NCBI RefSeq assembly: GCF_001194135.2
Contig: NC_068984.1
Span: 6,268,566-6,332,565 of the forward strand
Length of the DNA stretch: 64,000 nt
From: Octopus bimaculoides
Lineage: Eukaryota
Direction of reading: 5' to 3'
Shown here: piece by piece, positions 36,421 to 48,230 of the stretch
Layout of the letters: every line of letters starts with the position of its first letter
How positions within the stretch are numbered: position 1 is the stretch's first letter
Notes under the pieces: generated by a model
What the model was told of the DNA's origin: nothing
The model's database searches: none
Seen by the model: the letters and a program-made list of their open reading frames with translations, nothing else
Translations under genes and position numbers: made by a program

Positions 36421-36800
36421 CTCTCTTTTACTTGTTTCAGTCATTTGACTGTGGCCATGCTGGAGCACAATTTTAGTTGAGCAAATCGACCCCAGGACTT
36501 ATTCTTTGGAAGCCTGGTACTTATTCTATCGGTCTCTTTTGCAGACCCGCTAAGTTATGGGGATGTACACACACCAGCATCGGTTGTCAAGCGATGTTGG
36601 GGGAGGACAAATACAGACACACAAACATATGCACACACATACATATATATATATACGACGGGCTTCTTTCAGTTTCCGTCTACCAAATCCACTTACAAGG
36701 CTTTGGTCGGCCCGAGGCTATATTAGAAGACACCTACCCAAGGTGCCATGCAGTGGGACTGAACCCGGAACCATGTGGTTGGTAAGCAAGCTACTTACCA
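36421..36800 (-). mobile_element. Near full-length family A SINE, reverse orientation
   Basis: Reverse-complement match to 27408-27826. Confidence 0.9.
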
Positions 36801-37734
36801 CTCTGCATTTTCACATATCATCTTGAGCAATATGGTGAGGTCATATTTACATTCCCTGCAAACACACTGCATCCTGTATCTCTGTGCTTTCAAAGACTAG
36901 TTGAGTATATGATATCATGAAAAACAAGTAAAGTTTGGTCACAAGAACCATAAAATATAGTCATGAATGAGTCTTTCTCTGTTCAATACATACCAACATA
37001 GAAAAATACATGTAAAATAAATTATATATAATTTAATTATTTGGAAGTTTTTTTGCCATATTTCTCTGCTCTATTTGCTACATACATATCTTCCTATTTC
37101 AAAGCAACTTTTGCTAAGTGTATACATACACTTGCACACACACATTCACACAGATTTCCTACATAGGTATAATGTGAGTTTTTATACATACACATAAATA
37201 TATAAAAATATTGATTTTATTTTGATGAGACACATTACTAATTTGGGTTGAGAAGAGATCACAGTCATTTGACTCATCTTCAGTATATTACTGACACTTG
37301 TTCTATCAAGGCTATAATGATGAAAGGCAAAGATGACCCCAGTGGTATTTAAATCTGCAGTATAGGTTACCAAAACTAAATAATGTACAAGTACATCATT
37401 ATTCCCAGGCACATATATATATATTTACACAAAATTATGTTCTAAAACAAAGTAGTAGATTGTACCACTGTAAACAATTTTTTGCAAATGTTCAAATGTA
37501 AATATTACTTGAAAAATACTTCAAAGAAAGAAGCCTCTAAGTGGTTGCTTGATCTGTTAGCAGTAGCAGTCAAACCTCCCTTAAATCACATTCTGCCATC
37601 TTTTTAGAGAAGGAAGAATACACTCGAGGTCAGGACCAAGATAGATAAAATGTTTGAGTGAAAGTTATGATAATAATAATAAGTGCTAGAATGGTTTTGA
37701 TCACAGTTCTACTTCATCTGCTGCAACACTTGAA

Positions 37735-38075
37735 AGGTGTCTTTTACATGCCACCAGCATGAGTGCCAGTTATGTGCCACCGGCATCAGTCATGACTAGG
37801 ATTTCACTTGTCTTGGCGGGCCTTCTCAAGCATGGTACATCGCCAAAGGTCTCAGTCACTAGTCATTGCCTCCATGAGGCCCAATGTTCAAAGATCATGC
37901 TTCACTACCTTGTCCCATGTCTTCCTGGGTCTACCTCTACTGTAGGTTCCCTCCACAATTAGAGATCGGCACTTCTTTACACAACTGTCCTTGTCCATAT
38001 ACATCACATGACTATACCAGTGCAGTATTCTCTTTTGCTCACCACATTTCATGCCTCTTATGCCCACACAGTGTT
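37735..38075 (-). mobile_element. RTE-clade LINE RT C-terminus plus 3' UTR fragment
   Basis: ORF 37888-38079: RILHWYSHVMYMDKDSCVKKCRSLIVEGTYSRGRPRKTWDKVVKHDL. Confidence 0.9.
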
Positions 38076-38196
38076 TCATAACCCCAGACCAAAATACTGG
38101 ATGTATTAGTTGTTGCTGACATTGATCATTTAATTTTTTTCTAAATTGAATATAATACTACCTGTCAATTCTGACCCTCATTTTACATTTTCCCAG

Positions 38197-38214
38197 GCAT
38201 AGAAATATATTGCA
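38197..38214 (+). other. Candidate 18-nt frame-preserving microexon
   Basis: ctgaccctcattttacattttcccAG|GCATAGAAATATATTGCA|gtaagt, with a branch-like CTGAC upstream. Confidence 0.3.
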
Positions 38215-40508
38215 GTAAGTAATGAAACAGTAGAATCGAAGGAAACTGGTGATGGACAGTTTTATCAGACCGTAAAACAAAAGTTTAAACAGTAAATTAA
38301 ATTCTATGCCAAGACAAACAGAGACACTTATTGCTTTCCATTTACTGAAATGAAAGTCTACTAGTGAGGTTTATTGAATATGTAATGTAACTGGAATGAT
38401 TTCATTCATCAGTACAACTTCCGATGGAAAAATAGTTTGAGCTATATTAGTTTCTTTCATTTAGGTACAAAGGTTGCCCTATATTTTAACATGCCTTAGT
38501 CAATAGTGATATCAGCATGAAGTGAAGTGGTTTCAGTTGGAAACTGAAACTACATTGCTTTGGTTCACAGGGAAGTTCCTCATTGTTCAATTAAACAGAT
38601 CTGTAATCATCTATAACTATCTGAGCTAGCTTTTACAAATCGTATAACAATATTAGCACTACATTATCTAATGTGTCCTGCAGCAGGGTTGTTGGAGAAA
38701 TTTAGCTGCTTTTTCTAACAAGGCATGAAGCCACTTAAAAGCTTCCACATCAACTCAGCAATACATATGTAAACAATGCAATAAAAATAATGAAATGTTG
38801 CTATTTCAGCAGTAATTAGACCACACACACACACACACACACATTTTCTGGCTGATCAAGTGTGATGGAGTATATGGTAAGGTTCTTTTCAGAGTTGCAA
38901 CATATTCCCATCAAAATATCATAAAACTAAAACAAACATTGTTGCCTCATTTTGAACAGTACAATATGTTAGCACGCAGAAATTCTATGCAATATTCGTA
39001 ACTTCATTTCCAATATACTGGAGGTTGAACCTGGTTATGTTTCTTTTGGGGTTCAGCTACTGAACCAGGTGATGTTTCTGTTTTGGCTTCTGGTACTGAA
39101 TGATAGTTATTTTAGGGAATATTTTGACTTTTTCATTGTATATACTCTTTCTTAAGACAATTAAAGTAAGAGGTAACATAGCTACTTTTTCACAATGAAA
39201 CATGCTACAAATATTTTCTGTTTATACTCATTCCAGACCTTTCAAAAGAGATTTTTGTAGAAGTTTATGATTCATTTTTATTCACTTACATTTCTTATTT
39301 TATAAATAGCTTATGTCTACCAATAAATCTTAGATGTTGTTGTGAGTGTTTGGGTTTAATTGAAGTCTTTATTATCGATATGTTAGGGTTGACTTCTTTG
39401 TAATTTTGTGAGATTGTGATCCCTAAATAATGTGTAGTCTTACATACTGAATCCTATTTTTAATATAAAATGGATATTTTGACCTGCCTGTTTGCATAAT
39501 CAACCTTATTTGAAACTGCTCAAGCTAATATCAAACAGCTTGTCATTATGGTTTTCCCTTCAAGTGGAGTGGTTCTGGAAGAGAAGATATTTGCTTGCAT
39601 GCATTTTAATATTGAGTTCGTTCTCGTTAAGAATGAAAAATTTCCTGCTGAATTTAAAAAGCCTCTAAACTTAGAAGAATTAAAATCTAAAATGATGTTA
39701 TTTTACATTGCTGATTGCTTGTTATATTTATGAATAAGTTGATTACAACTTTTGTTGTTTACCAAATGAAGCAGGTCCAATGTATTCATAACTGTGATGT
39801 TGATGCCACACACGTTTTAATATGCTTCATAATTATTTCAGCATACCCATAACATTTCAAGAACACTAATAATAATCAGCATTGCTCTTGCTCAGCAAGT
39901 GATTTGATCTGAGTGAGACTATGTGTTGAAATTGAAGTAGGTGTATCATGAAAGTCATTTTAGCCATGCAAAACACACAGAAACTGTTGTATTCACTTTT
40001 TAGTTTATTTTGTGAAGTGTCAGAATCAATGCCATCCCAATGCGGCCAGATCATCTACATTCTTCCACTGCAGTTGTCTGAATTCTAGTTAAGGACAAGT
40101 CTTTATAAGCAAAAGATTTTTGCCCCAACATATTAAATTTATGGACATATGTTTGATATCTTGACACTGGCTATCTTTATGTTTCTCCAAGCAATAAGCT
40201 TCAAACAGCTGCAGTGAAACTGTATCAGGAACAAGATCAAAATATCATAACACAAATTTTGAAACCTCCCAAAATAAAAAGTGACAAGTCTTTCTTTGAT
40301 TTTTTTTTTCCAGATAACTGAAAGGTTTCTTCCACAATGTAATTGATAAAGTGAAATTCAGAAAAAGTTATTATTAGCAAATACACAAGACTAAATTTCA
40401 ATTGCTTTATATTTTATCACTATAGAAGTAACCTAATATTATTTTGTTTACTTGATTGTAGCACCAGTATTTTTATGAATACTATTATTGCAGTGATTAT
40501 CTCTATAA

Positions 40509-40590
40509 ACACACACACACACACACATACACATGCACACATACACACACGCACACGCATACACACACACACACACACACACACATACAC
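40509..40590. repeat. (CA)n microsatellite
   Basis: Direct reading. Confidence 0.95.
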
Positions 40591-40628
40591 TAGAAACTCT
40601 GATACATTGAATTTGATGTTTTCTTCAG

Positions 40629-40642
40629 TATGTCTGTGTACA
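40629..40642 (+). other. Candidate 14-nt microexon
   Basis: gatgttttcttcAG|TATGTCTGTGTACA|gtaagt. Confidence 0.2.
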
Positions 40643-41221
40643 GTAAGTGTCAAAGTACTAATGTAGACTTTTGATATCATTAGGGATTTTTATAGTTTTT
40701 AATACCTTAGGATCATGAGTAAAGGTATTGAGATTGACTGTACTGACACTGAAAATGAAATCATTACTTTGCAGTACACTATTCCAGATAAATGACTATT
40801 TAGAGATGGCACTGAATGTGTGTGTGTGTGTGGGGGGGTCCTGAAAATCTACAATTTGTATATCTAATGACATTTGTACATAAACTTATAGCATTCTGTC
40901 AAAACTTTTCTCAAAAGCACACACCTGTAATAATTCAGAAACAGAACAGAAATGAATGATAAAAAAAGGGATTAGAGTTTTATCCTTTACATAAGCAACT
41001 TCCTCACTTCCAACAGAATGAATGTAAACAAGGTCGGTATGATTTTTGTGATATCATGTGTTTCAAGACTAGCTGACTGATGCAGTCCTGTGTGGTACTG
41101 TGTCATATAGCAGGTTATTAGTTAACTATCCTAGGTCATTTCTGTTCTCAACAAATTTAATAGTATCTGATCATTGAGGATTATTTACCTCTGGCTTTTG
41201 TTCTTTTGTTCATGTATGTAT

Positions 41222-42240
41222 ATCATCAGCATCATTTAACGTCCATTGTCCATGCTGACATAGGTTGGACAGTTTGATCAGGGCTTGACAGTTTGAGGAG
41301 CTGCACCAAACTGCAGTCTTATTTAGCATGGTTTCTATGTCTGGATGCCCTTCCTAATGCCAACCACTCCAAGACTGTAACGGGGCATGGGTGCCAGTTG
41401 CATGGCACCAGTATCTGCTATGGCTACGATTTCACTTGGCTTGATGGGTTTTCTTCTCAAGTACAGCATATTGCCAAAGGTCTTGGTCATTTGTTATTGC
41501 CTCTGAGAAGCCCAACACTCGAAAAGTGAATTTTATGTGCCACCGGTACAGGTGCCAATTATGCGACTCTGCATATTGCCAAAGGTCTTGGTCATTTGTT
41601 ATTGCCTCTGTGAGGCCCTACACTCGAAAGGTGCTTTTTACATGCCACCCGCATAGGTACCAGTTAAATGAGATCGACATTAGCCATGACTACTATTTCA
41701 CTTGGCTTGATAGGTCTTCTCAAGCACAGCATATCACCAAAGGTTTTGGTTACTAGTCATTGCCTCTGTGAAGCCCAGCATTCAAAGATCATGCTTCACC
41801 ACCTTCCTGGGTCTATCTCTACTACAGGTTCCCTCCACAGTTAGAAATTGGCATTTCTTTACCCAGTTGTCCTCATCCATAGACATCACATGACCATACC
41901 AGTGCAGTCATCTCTCTTGCACACAACATCCGATGCCTCTTATGCCCAATTTTTCTCTCAAGACACCTACACTCTGTTGTATATGCACACTGACACTGCA
42001 CATCCAGCGAAGTATGCTAGCTTCATTTCTTTCAAGCCAACACAAGTGTGGCCACAGCCCATGTTTCACTGCCCTGTAGCACAGCTGTTTGCACACATGC
42101 ATCATACAGTCTGTCTTTCACTCTGAAGGAGAGGCCCTTTGTTGCCAAGAGAGGTAGGATCTCTCTCTGAACTTTGCCCAGGCTATTCTTATTTTAGCAG
42201 CTACGTTCTTGGAGCATCCACCTCTGCTACTGACTTGGTC
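41222..42240 (-). mobile_element. ~1-kb RTE-clade LINE 3' fragment with internally duplicated 3' UTR segments
   Basis: ORF 41908-42105 (LERNEASILRWMCSVSVHIQQSVGVLREKLGIRGI) plus 3' UTR and (cat)n tail; gcatattgccaaaggtcttggtcatttgttattgcctctg occurs at ~41466 and ~41571, with a diverged copy at ~41730. Confidence 0.9.
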
Positions 42241-42391
42241 ACCTAGATAACAGAAGCTATCAACTACCTCTAGCTTACTTCACTAGCATTTGATGGAATC
42301 TATTTTCTGTACATGTACATTTTTAGTGTTTAGTGTACCTGTGCACCTTACACACACAAAACCTATTTTCCCAGTTAACCGTCCTCTGATA

Positions 42392-42600
42392 TCATCATCA
42401 TCATTTAACATCCATTGTCCATGTTGGGATGGGTTTGACCAGAGCTGGAAGGCTGCACCAGACTCCAGGCTGATTTGGCATGGTTTTCTATGGCTGGATG
42501 TCCTTCCTAACACTAACCACTCTGTGAGTGTAATGGATTCTTTTATGTGCCACCAGCATGGGTACCATTTGCATGACATCAGTGTCTGCCATGACTGTTA
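42392..42600 (-). mobile_element. RTE-type 3' end
   Basis: (cat)n-ttaacatccattgtccatgttgggatgggtttgacc...ggatgtccttcctaacactaaccac. Confidence 0.85.
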
Positions 42601-42603
42601 TTT

Positions 42604-42803
42604 TGCTCAGACACAGACACACATATATATATATACATATACATATATATGACAGGCTTCTTTCAGTTTCCATCTAACAAATCCACTCACAAGGCTTTGG
42701 TCGGCCTGAGGCTATAGTAGAAGACACTTGCCCAAGGTGCCACACAGTGGGACTGAACCCAGAACCATGGGGCTGGTAAGCAAGTTACTTACCACACAGC
42801 CAC
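42604..42803 (-). mobile_element. Family A SINE 5' half, reverse orientation
   Basis: ggcttctttcagtttccatctaacaaatccactcacaaggctttgg...gggactgaacccagaaccatg...ttacttaccacacagccac. Confidence 0.9.
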
Positions 42804-44141
42804 TTTTCAAGTTTTCTCTAATTTCTCTACAGCAGAACCTTTTCAAATAGTCTACCATTTATTTGCATTACATGCTCAGCTAGTGTAGTCATGGAAGGGT
42901 ATAAAATATATGCTGTAAGTGATGGATATGACAAGGAGTGGTGAGGTGGCATGGTTCTGTTATTTTAACATTGTTTTGTAGATGGATGGAGTGTGGTGTG
43001 GGAAGATTATATTTTACATCATTTCATAGATATCTGAAAAATTGTCAAAAAAGATAACATTTCAAAGGTAAAAGTAAAATCAAAAAGACAAAAACAAAAA
43101 AAGATAAAAAATAATAATTCAATAACAAACTTCAGAAGCTGAAATTAATCAATCAAAGGAGATAAGATAGTTTCAAGGAGATCAATAACAAAATCTATCT
43201 TCTACCTTGAAAGATATCTAACTTGACTGGTTTCCATTTCGGGAAAGAAGCATGAATTCTTAGATTAACTTGCCTTGTTCAATATCTCACTTAAGTGCCA
43301 TCAATTTATTTTGTTTTGCTGGCTTTCACTGTTCGAGCAACATAACAACAACAACAACATGAATAGTACCCTTTCTCATCAATGTATTTCTCCAAAATGT
43401 TATCAAACAGAGCTAAATCAATAGCAAATGGAATAGATAAAACTACAACAAAAGAAAATAATAATAAATTACAATTATACATTGCAGCTGCCATATGCTC
43501 TTCACAGTTTGTTGCATTGGTTTACCCTTTCTTTATAAATACAATTCTGCAATTTAAAGAAAAATACTTGCTTTTGTGCTTATTGTTTTGCAAGGGCGTC
43601 AAAATCCATTTCATAACAAACACACTAAATGAAACATCATAATAAAAAGAGACCAAGACAGTTTCTATTGTATTTTTTCAATTTTCTTTTTCCTACTTCT
43701 TACTATTGGCTGTTCTCTACTTTTGAAATCTTTACCTAGCTGATACTTTGACCTTTAGTGAGTCAATTCCTTGTAGTGTGTGACACATTATCACATTTGA
43801 ATAGTCATACATTATCCAATTTCTAGACTTAAGATACAGTCATCTAACTTGTCAGGAGATATCTGAGACTATGAAATCACATTTTACCACGCATTTCCAT
43901 TGCCACTTGTTAATTAAGGTGGTGTTGCCAAAATTGTCTTTGTCCTACGCAAGTGATTGGTATAAGATTTTTTTTTTATTTAAAGATAAGTTATAAGAAT
44001 GCTGTGAGAATGACAGACCTTCACGATAATGTATGGTAAGAATGTTAATTTTGCGATTAACAAAACGTATCTGAAAATTTGAAAATTTCCCTTCTGAGTA
44101 GGATGGCTTTTACAGTGGAGACTCTTCTGAGAGTTAACCAC

Positions 44142-44361
44142 TTCACCCTTTTGAGACCTGCCTGAAACCACCCTAGTTCTATGATATAAACTACTGGTTT
44201 TAAAATGATCTTAATTAAAACCTTCCATCAAAATTTCATTTTAATTTATGTTCTAAACATCTGTTAATAATGACCAAGTTATCTTAATAAATTCTGTATT
44301 ATTTTCAAACTTAATCAAAACAAAGTGTATTTTAAAAGAAATATGATTACGAAAGGGTTAA
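44142..44361. mobile_element. piggyBac-type MITE (CCCTTT...AAAGGG ends, TTAA target)
   Basis: Right end ttacgaaaggg|ttaa (44358-44361); left ttca|cccttttgagacc (degenerate TTAA at 44142-44145); ~210 bp, no ORF. Confidence 0.55.
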
Positions 44362-44489
44362 TCATGATCTGAACAGATTGAACAAAGCAAGAGTTCCAAC
44401 ATAGTGCTTCTTAATTATACAGACATTATGCTTGTATATTATATTTATAAAATGGATTGTTACTATAGCTCTAATCTGTTATATGCAAG

Positions 44490-44770
44490 CTTTCATTATT
44501 GTCAAGAAAACGTTATTGTTCTATCTCCTCTTATGCCTCTCTTTCTTTGAACTTGATAGTGCAATACTGCTCCAACTTAAACCCATCCTGCTGTTACCCT
44601 TTATTAAGTTTCACTTCTTAGATGCCACATTTAACTCTATACCTTATCTTTCAACCCTTGAACGGCATTCTTCTGGACTTCTGTTTTACCCACTGTCAGC
44701 CAACTTGCAGTATTTCAAATTAAATACTCATTATATTAACCCCATCCAATCACTTTTATTCTTTAGCCAA
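44490..44770 (+). mobile_element. Decayed CR1-group LINE 3' ORF2 fragment underlying the 201-aa track ORF
   Basis: LLFYLLLCLSFFELDSAIL (cf. LFYxYxxGxCSxELxSxI), THPAVTL in a shifted frame (cf. HPxxVxL), and SANLQYFKLNTHYINPI (cf. NLQxFKxNI). Confidence 0.5.
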
Positions 44771-47700
44771 GGAGAACATTACAAAATCAGGACGCTACTG
44801 TTTTTATGTTTTCAAAGTAATAAATTAATAAAAACACTAGCCATCTCCTTGGCCTCTGTATTAACTGCCTGTTATATTATATTTGCTCGCTTTCTTCAAT
44901 TTTACAAATGCAGCCTGTATAAGATGCCCTTTTGCTTCAAACATATATCAGTTTACCTTGATCTCTATCTCTCTTTCTATAAATATAATAACAGTGGATT
45001 TACACTTCTTAACAAGTGCTTCACTCTTTTAATTTGATTTTGTCTTTCTAAGATATTAAGGATATTAATGTCAAAAATGTTTAATAACCATATTCATTCT
45101 AACATAAAAATAAAACACTTAGTTATTAGCATAAAGATGATTTCATGGATGGAAGAGGAAGCAAGCATGAACAACTAAGAATTCACTCATTCACCGAGTC
45201 ATTATTCAATTATAATGTGATTTTGATGAATTCATGTAACATCTAAAGCAGCATTCTGGTTTAACCATATCATATTTATTGGCAATCTCAGTATGTTTAC
45301 TAAACTATCAACACTTGATGAGAAAGCGTCTCTTCACTCAAATTAAAAGGAATTGATAAAAAAAAAAAAAGAATATCAAGTTAATAACATGAAAAAACAC
45401 ATGCATTTTGAATGCTTATTGATTACATAAGTTTTCAAATTTAAACATTTTCAGAAATTCTTGGAACAGTTTCATTATATCAACATATTTTATATAGAAC
45501 TGACAATTCTATCATAATGTAGATGTTATAACTCTATTGCAAGTCAATTGATTGCAACTAGTAAAATAATGGATTTAGTTCTAGAATAGAATATATTTAT
45601 GCCAGGGTTCAAGCATGAAAGACACGTTCTGATGTAGTTAATATTTAAATATGCAAATCCATTTTTTTAATCTCTTCAACATTGATCATTCACTTCTGAA
45701 GCAAGAAATTTACTGGATTTCCATGAACATTACAAAAGAACATGTAATGTGGCTGTAATATTATACTAGTTGGACAAAATTAAAACTGGTGATTTTATCT
45801 TACTAGTCCACCTTTTAACAACACAAATACTGTCATAGTCAGACACCATAGTCACATATCTACATTACTACAATATTTCACCACACATCCAAATTACTGC
45901 AGGAATCCACCATCACCGTAATCACACATCCACATCATTGTAATTATCAAATAGAATAGGAAAAAGCCAATAAAATAAAAGAGAAAAAGGAAATAACCAT
46001 CCAAATAGGTGTTGTGCACCATATTTTCTTGGCAATGCCGAAATATTGATGAAAATCCTCTTCCATTTAAAATAATTTTCTTTGATCTAATCAAATTGAA
46101 TAAAAACTAAAAGCAGAATGAAACAAGCCTGGCAGGATATCTGATGATGGGTTATGGAACAAAAGACAACTGTTTGCAAAACAAAGTATACAAAGTACAT
46201 AACTTTTGTTTGATATGTGAATGGAAAACACACACAGAATTTGGCTCAGTATCTGTTCCATTCGTTTGATGAACCAGTATTTGCACCTGCAGTCATAGCT
46301 ATCAATTATGCAAGTTTTACTTTGGTACTGCACTTTAGAAGGCGTGTGCTTACAAACCTTTACATACACACATATCAATATCTATAACCATACATGCGCA
46401 CACATGCGCACAGCAATGCATAGATACATGTTTTCCTCTCACACACAGGTGAACAACTGCTAAAATAAATAGATACAGAGAAAAATACACATATACACTG
46501 ACAGACAATATTAAAAAAAAAAGAGAGAAATTTCCATAAGATGTGTTATGTAAAACTGCAATTAATCAGTGAGTTCCCAACCTTTTATTCTACTTGCTAC
46601 TAGAAAAAATACTTAATTAATTTGAGATGCCAGCAATCTCTTCAACTGCTTTCTTGCCACCTAATCCTCTATGATTTATGTACTGCTTTGAGTAGAGTGT
46701 ACATAATGTTGGCAACATACCACACACATATACACACAGCAACACCTCTCTAGGTGCATTGGCAACAGACAAAGACATAGTAAATGTCTGGACTGGCACC
46801 AAATGTTTTGCAGAGAACTAATAGATAAACAAAGTAATGAAATAGAATAGAAAATTAGATGTAGTATAAAAGTTTTTTTGGTATTTTTTTTCTTTCACTG
46901 CTCATTTGCTTATTCTTTTTATGTAAACGAGTATTTCATCTCCCGGTACCCCTTCTTAAATATAAAAGTTTGAAGAAAACTTTCATTGAATTTTAAAATA
47001 GTTTCTTTTATTTACCTTTCTATATAAAGATATTTTTGGAATCCGTTTCTAGACATAATCCTTTCTGATTAATGGACAGTATTTTTTTTTTTTTGTCTGT
47101 AATTTCTCCCCAGACATCATGACTTTTTTTGAAGAGATAAAATCTAATAAAAGTATAAGAAAAAATGTTAACTTATTTCAATCACTATATTCAGTAACAT
47201 CTAATTTTATAAAGGAAACTGCATAATAAGTGTAGTGGGTAGAATATGTCACTTGTAATCATCAGTTTAAGTTTTAGCTTCTCACACTACAGTGCAGATG
47301 TGTATTTCCTAAGGTTATATTGCCAATTTTATCTTCAATGTACCATGACAGATTCTTTTATCCAATGTGTCATCTTAATTATTTCAGTGTTGTTCATATA
47401 AATTAAATACGTGGCTTTCTTAATCACTTATTCTTAAATTCTTTTGAGATGGGCAATTATCATAAACTAGCCACCCAAGGATATGCTTTCAGCTTTTAAT
47501 AAGTACTTAATGACGAGTCCCTAGTACTTTATCATTAATAAATTACCTTACTTTTTTGCTAGCTTAATTTTTCTGGATAGATTTCATTATCTTACACTTA
47601 ATCTCAGATTATATATGCAATTAATATTTATTAAAAAATTTCAGTCAATATGAGTAATTAACTATTCTGTCAAGAAAGTTTACAGGTTGCTGTAAACCTT

Positions 47701-47889
47701 GGTGCAGTTAACCAAGATTACTATCATAGAGAAACCAGACATACTTGAGGATTAAGTGGAAATTTGGCAATACAATTCAAACATGAATACAATTCTAAAA
47801 TTATTTGACTTCTGTATTAAATATCAACTAACCAGCTACAACATGGGTGTAGAAGACATGCCTACAATATAACTCACATATTGAACATA

Positions 47890-48230
47890 CTACCTCTCTG
47901 AACATTGACACAATAAAGTTTTGACATCTAGTAGCTGATTGAGTAGAATCCCACAAGATTATCCATCATCATTCCAACAACAACTTTGGCTATCTTTTTG
48001 AATTCAATACCTATATGACTCATGGACATGCTTATAAATAAAGAAAAAAAAATGCAGTGCAGCACCCATGACTTTTGGAAATGGTTTTCCATGCTCAGAA
48101 TTGTCAAAGCATGGAATAAATTATCCAAGTCAGTTGTTATCTGTCAGGACAGTGCATCCTTCAAAAATTCCATACTTTTTGAAATTGACCAGCACTACAC
48201 CTGATGTACCCTATCCTCTTTATGACTCTA
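47890..48230 (+). mobile_element. CR1/L2-group LINE extreme ORF2 C-terminus
   Basis: HLVADL /fs/ HKIIHHHSNNNFGYLFEFNTYMTHGHAYK, then FSMLRIVKAWNKLSKSVVICQDSASFKNSI (cf. RRLxADL..YKIIH..TRGHxYK..RIVxxWNxLPxxVVxxxxxxxFK). Confidence 0.8.

Noticed and set aside
44432-45037. Longest gap-free ORF (201 aa, hydrophobic) as a novel membrane protein
   Set aside because: It starts at TTG, lies on a T/C-rich strand where stops are rarer, and contains CR1-group LINE C-terminal motifs (LFY..ELxSxI, HPxxVxL in a shifted frame, NLQxFKxN). A decayed retroelement is the better explanation.
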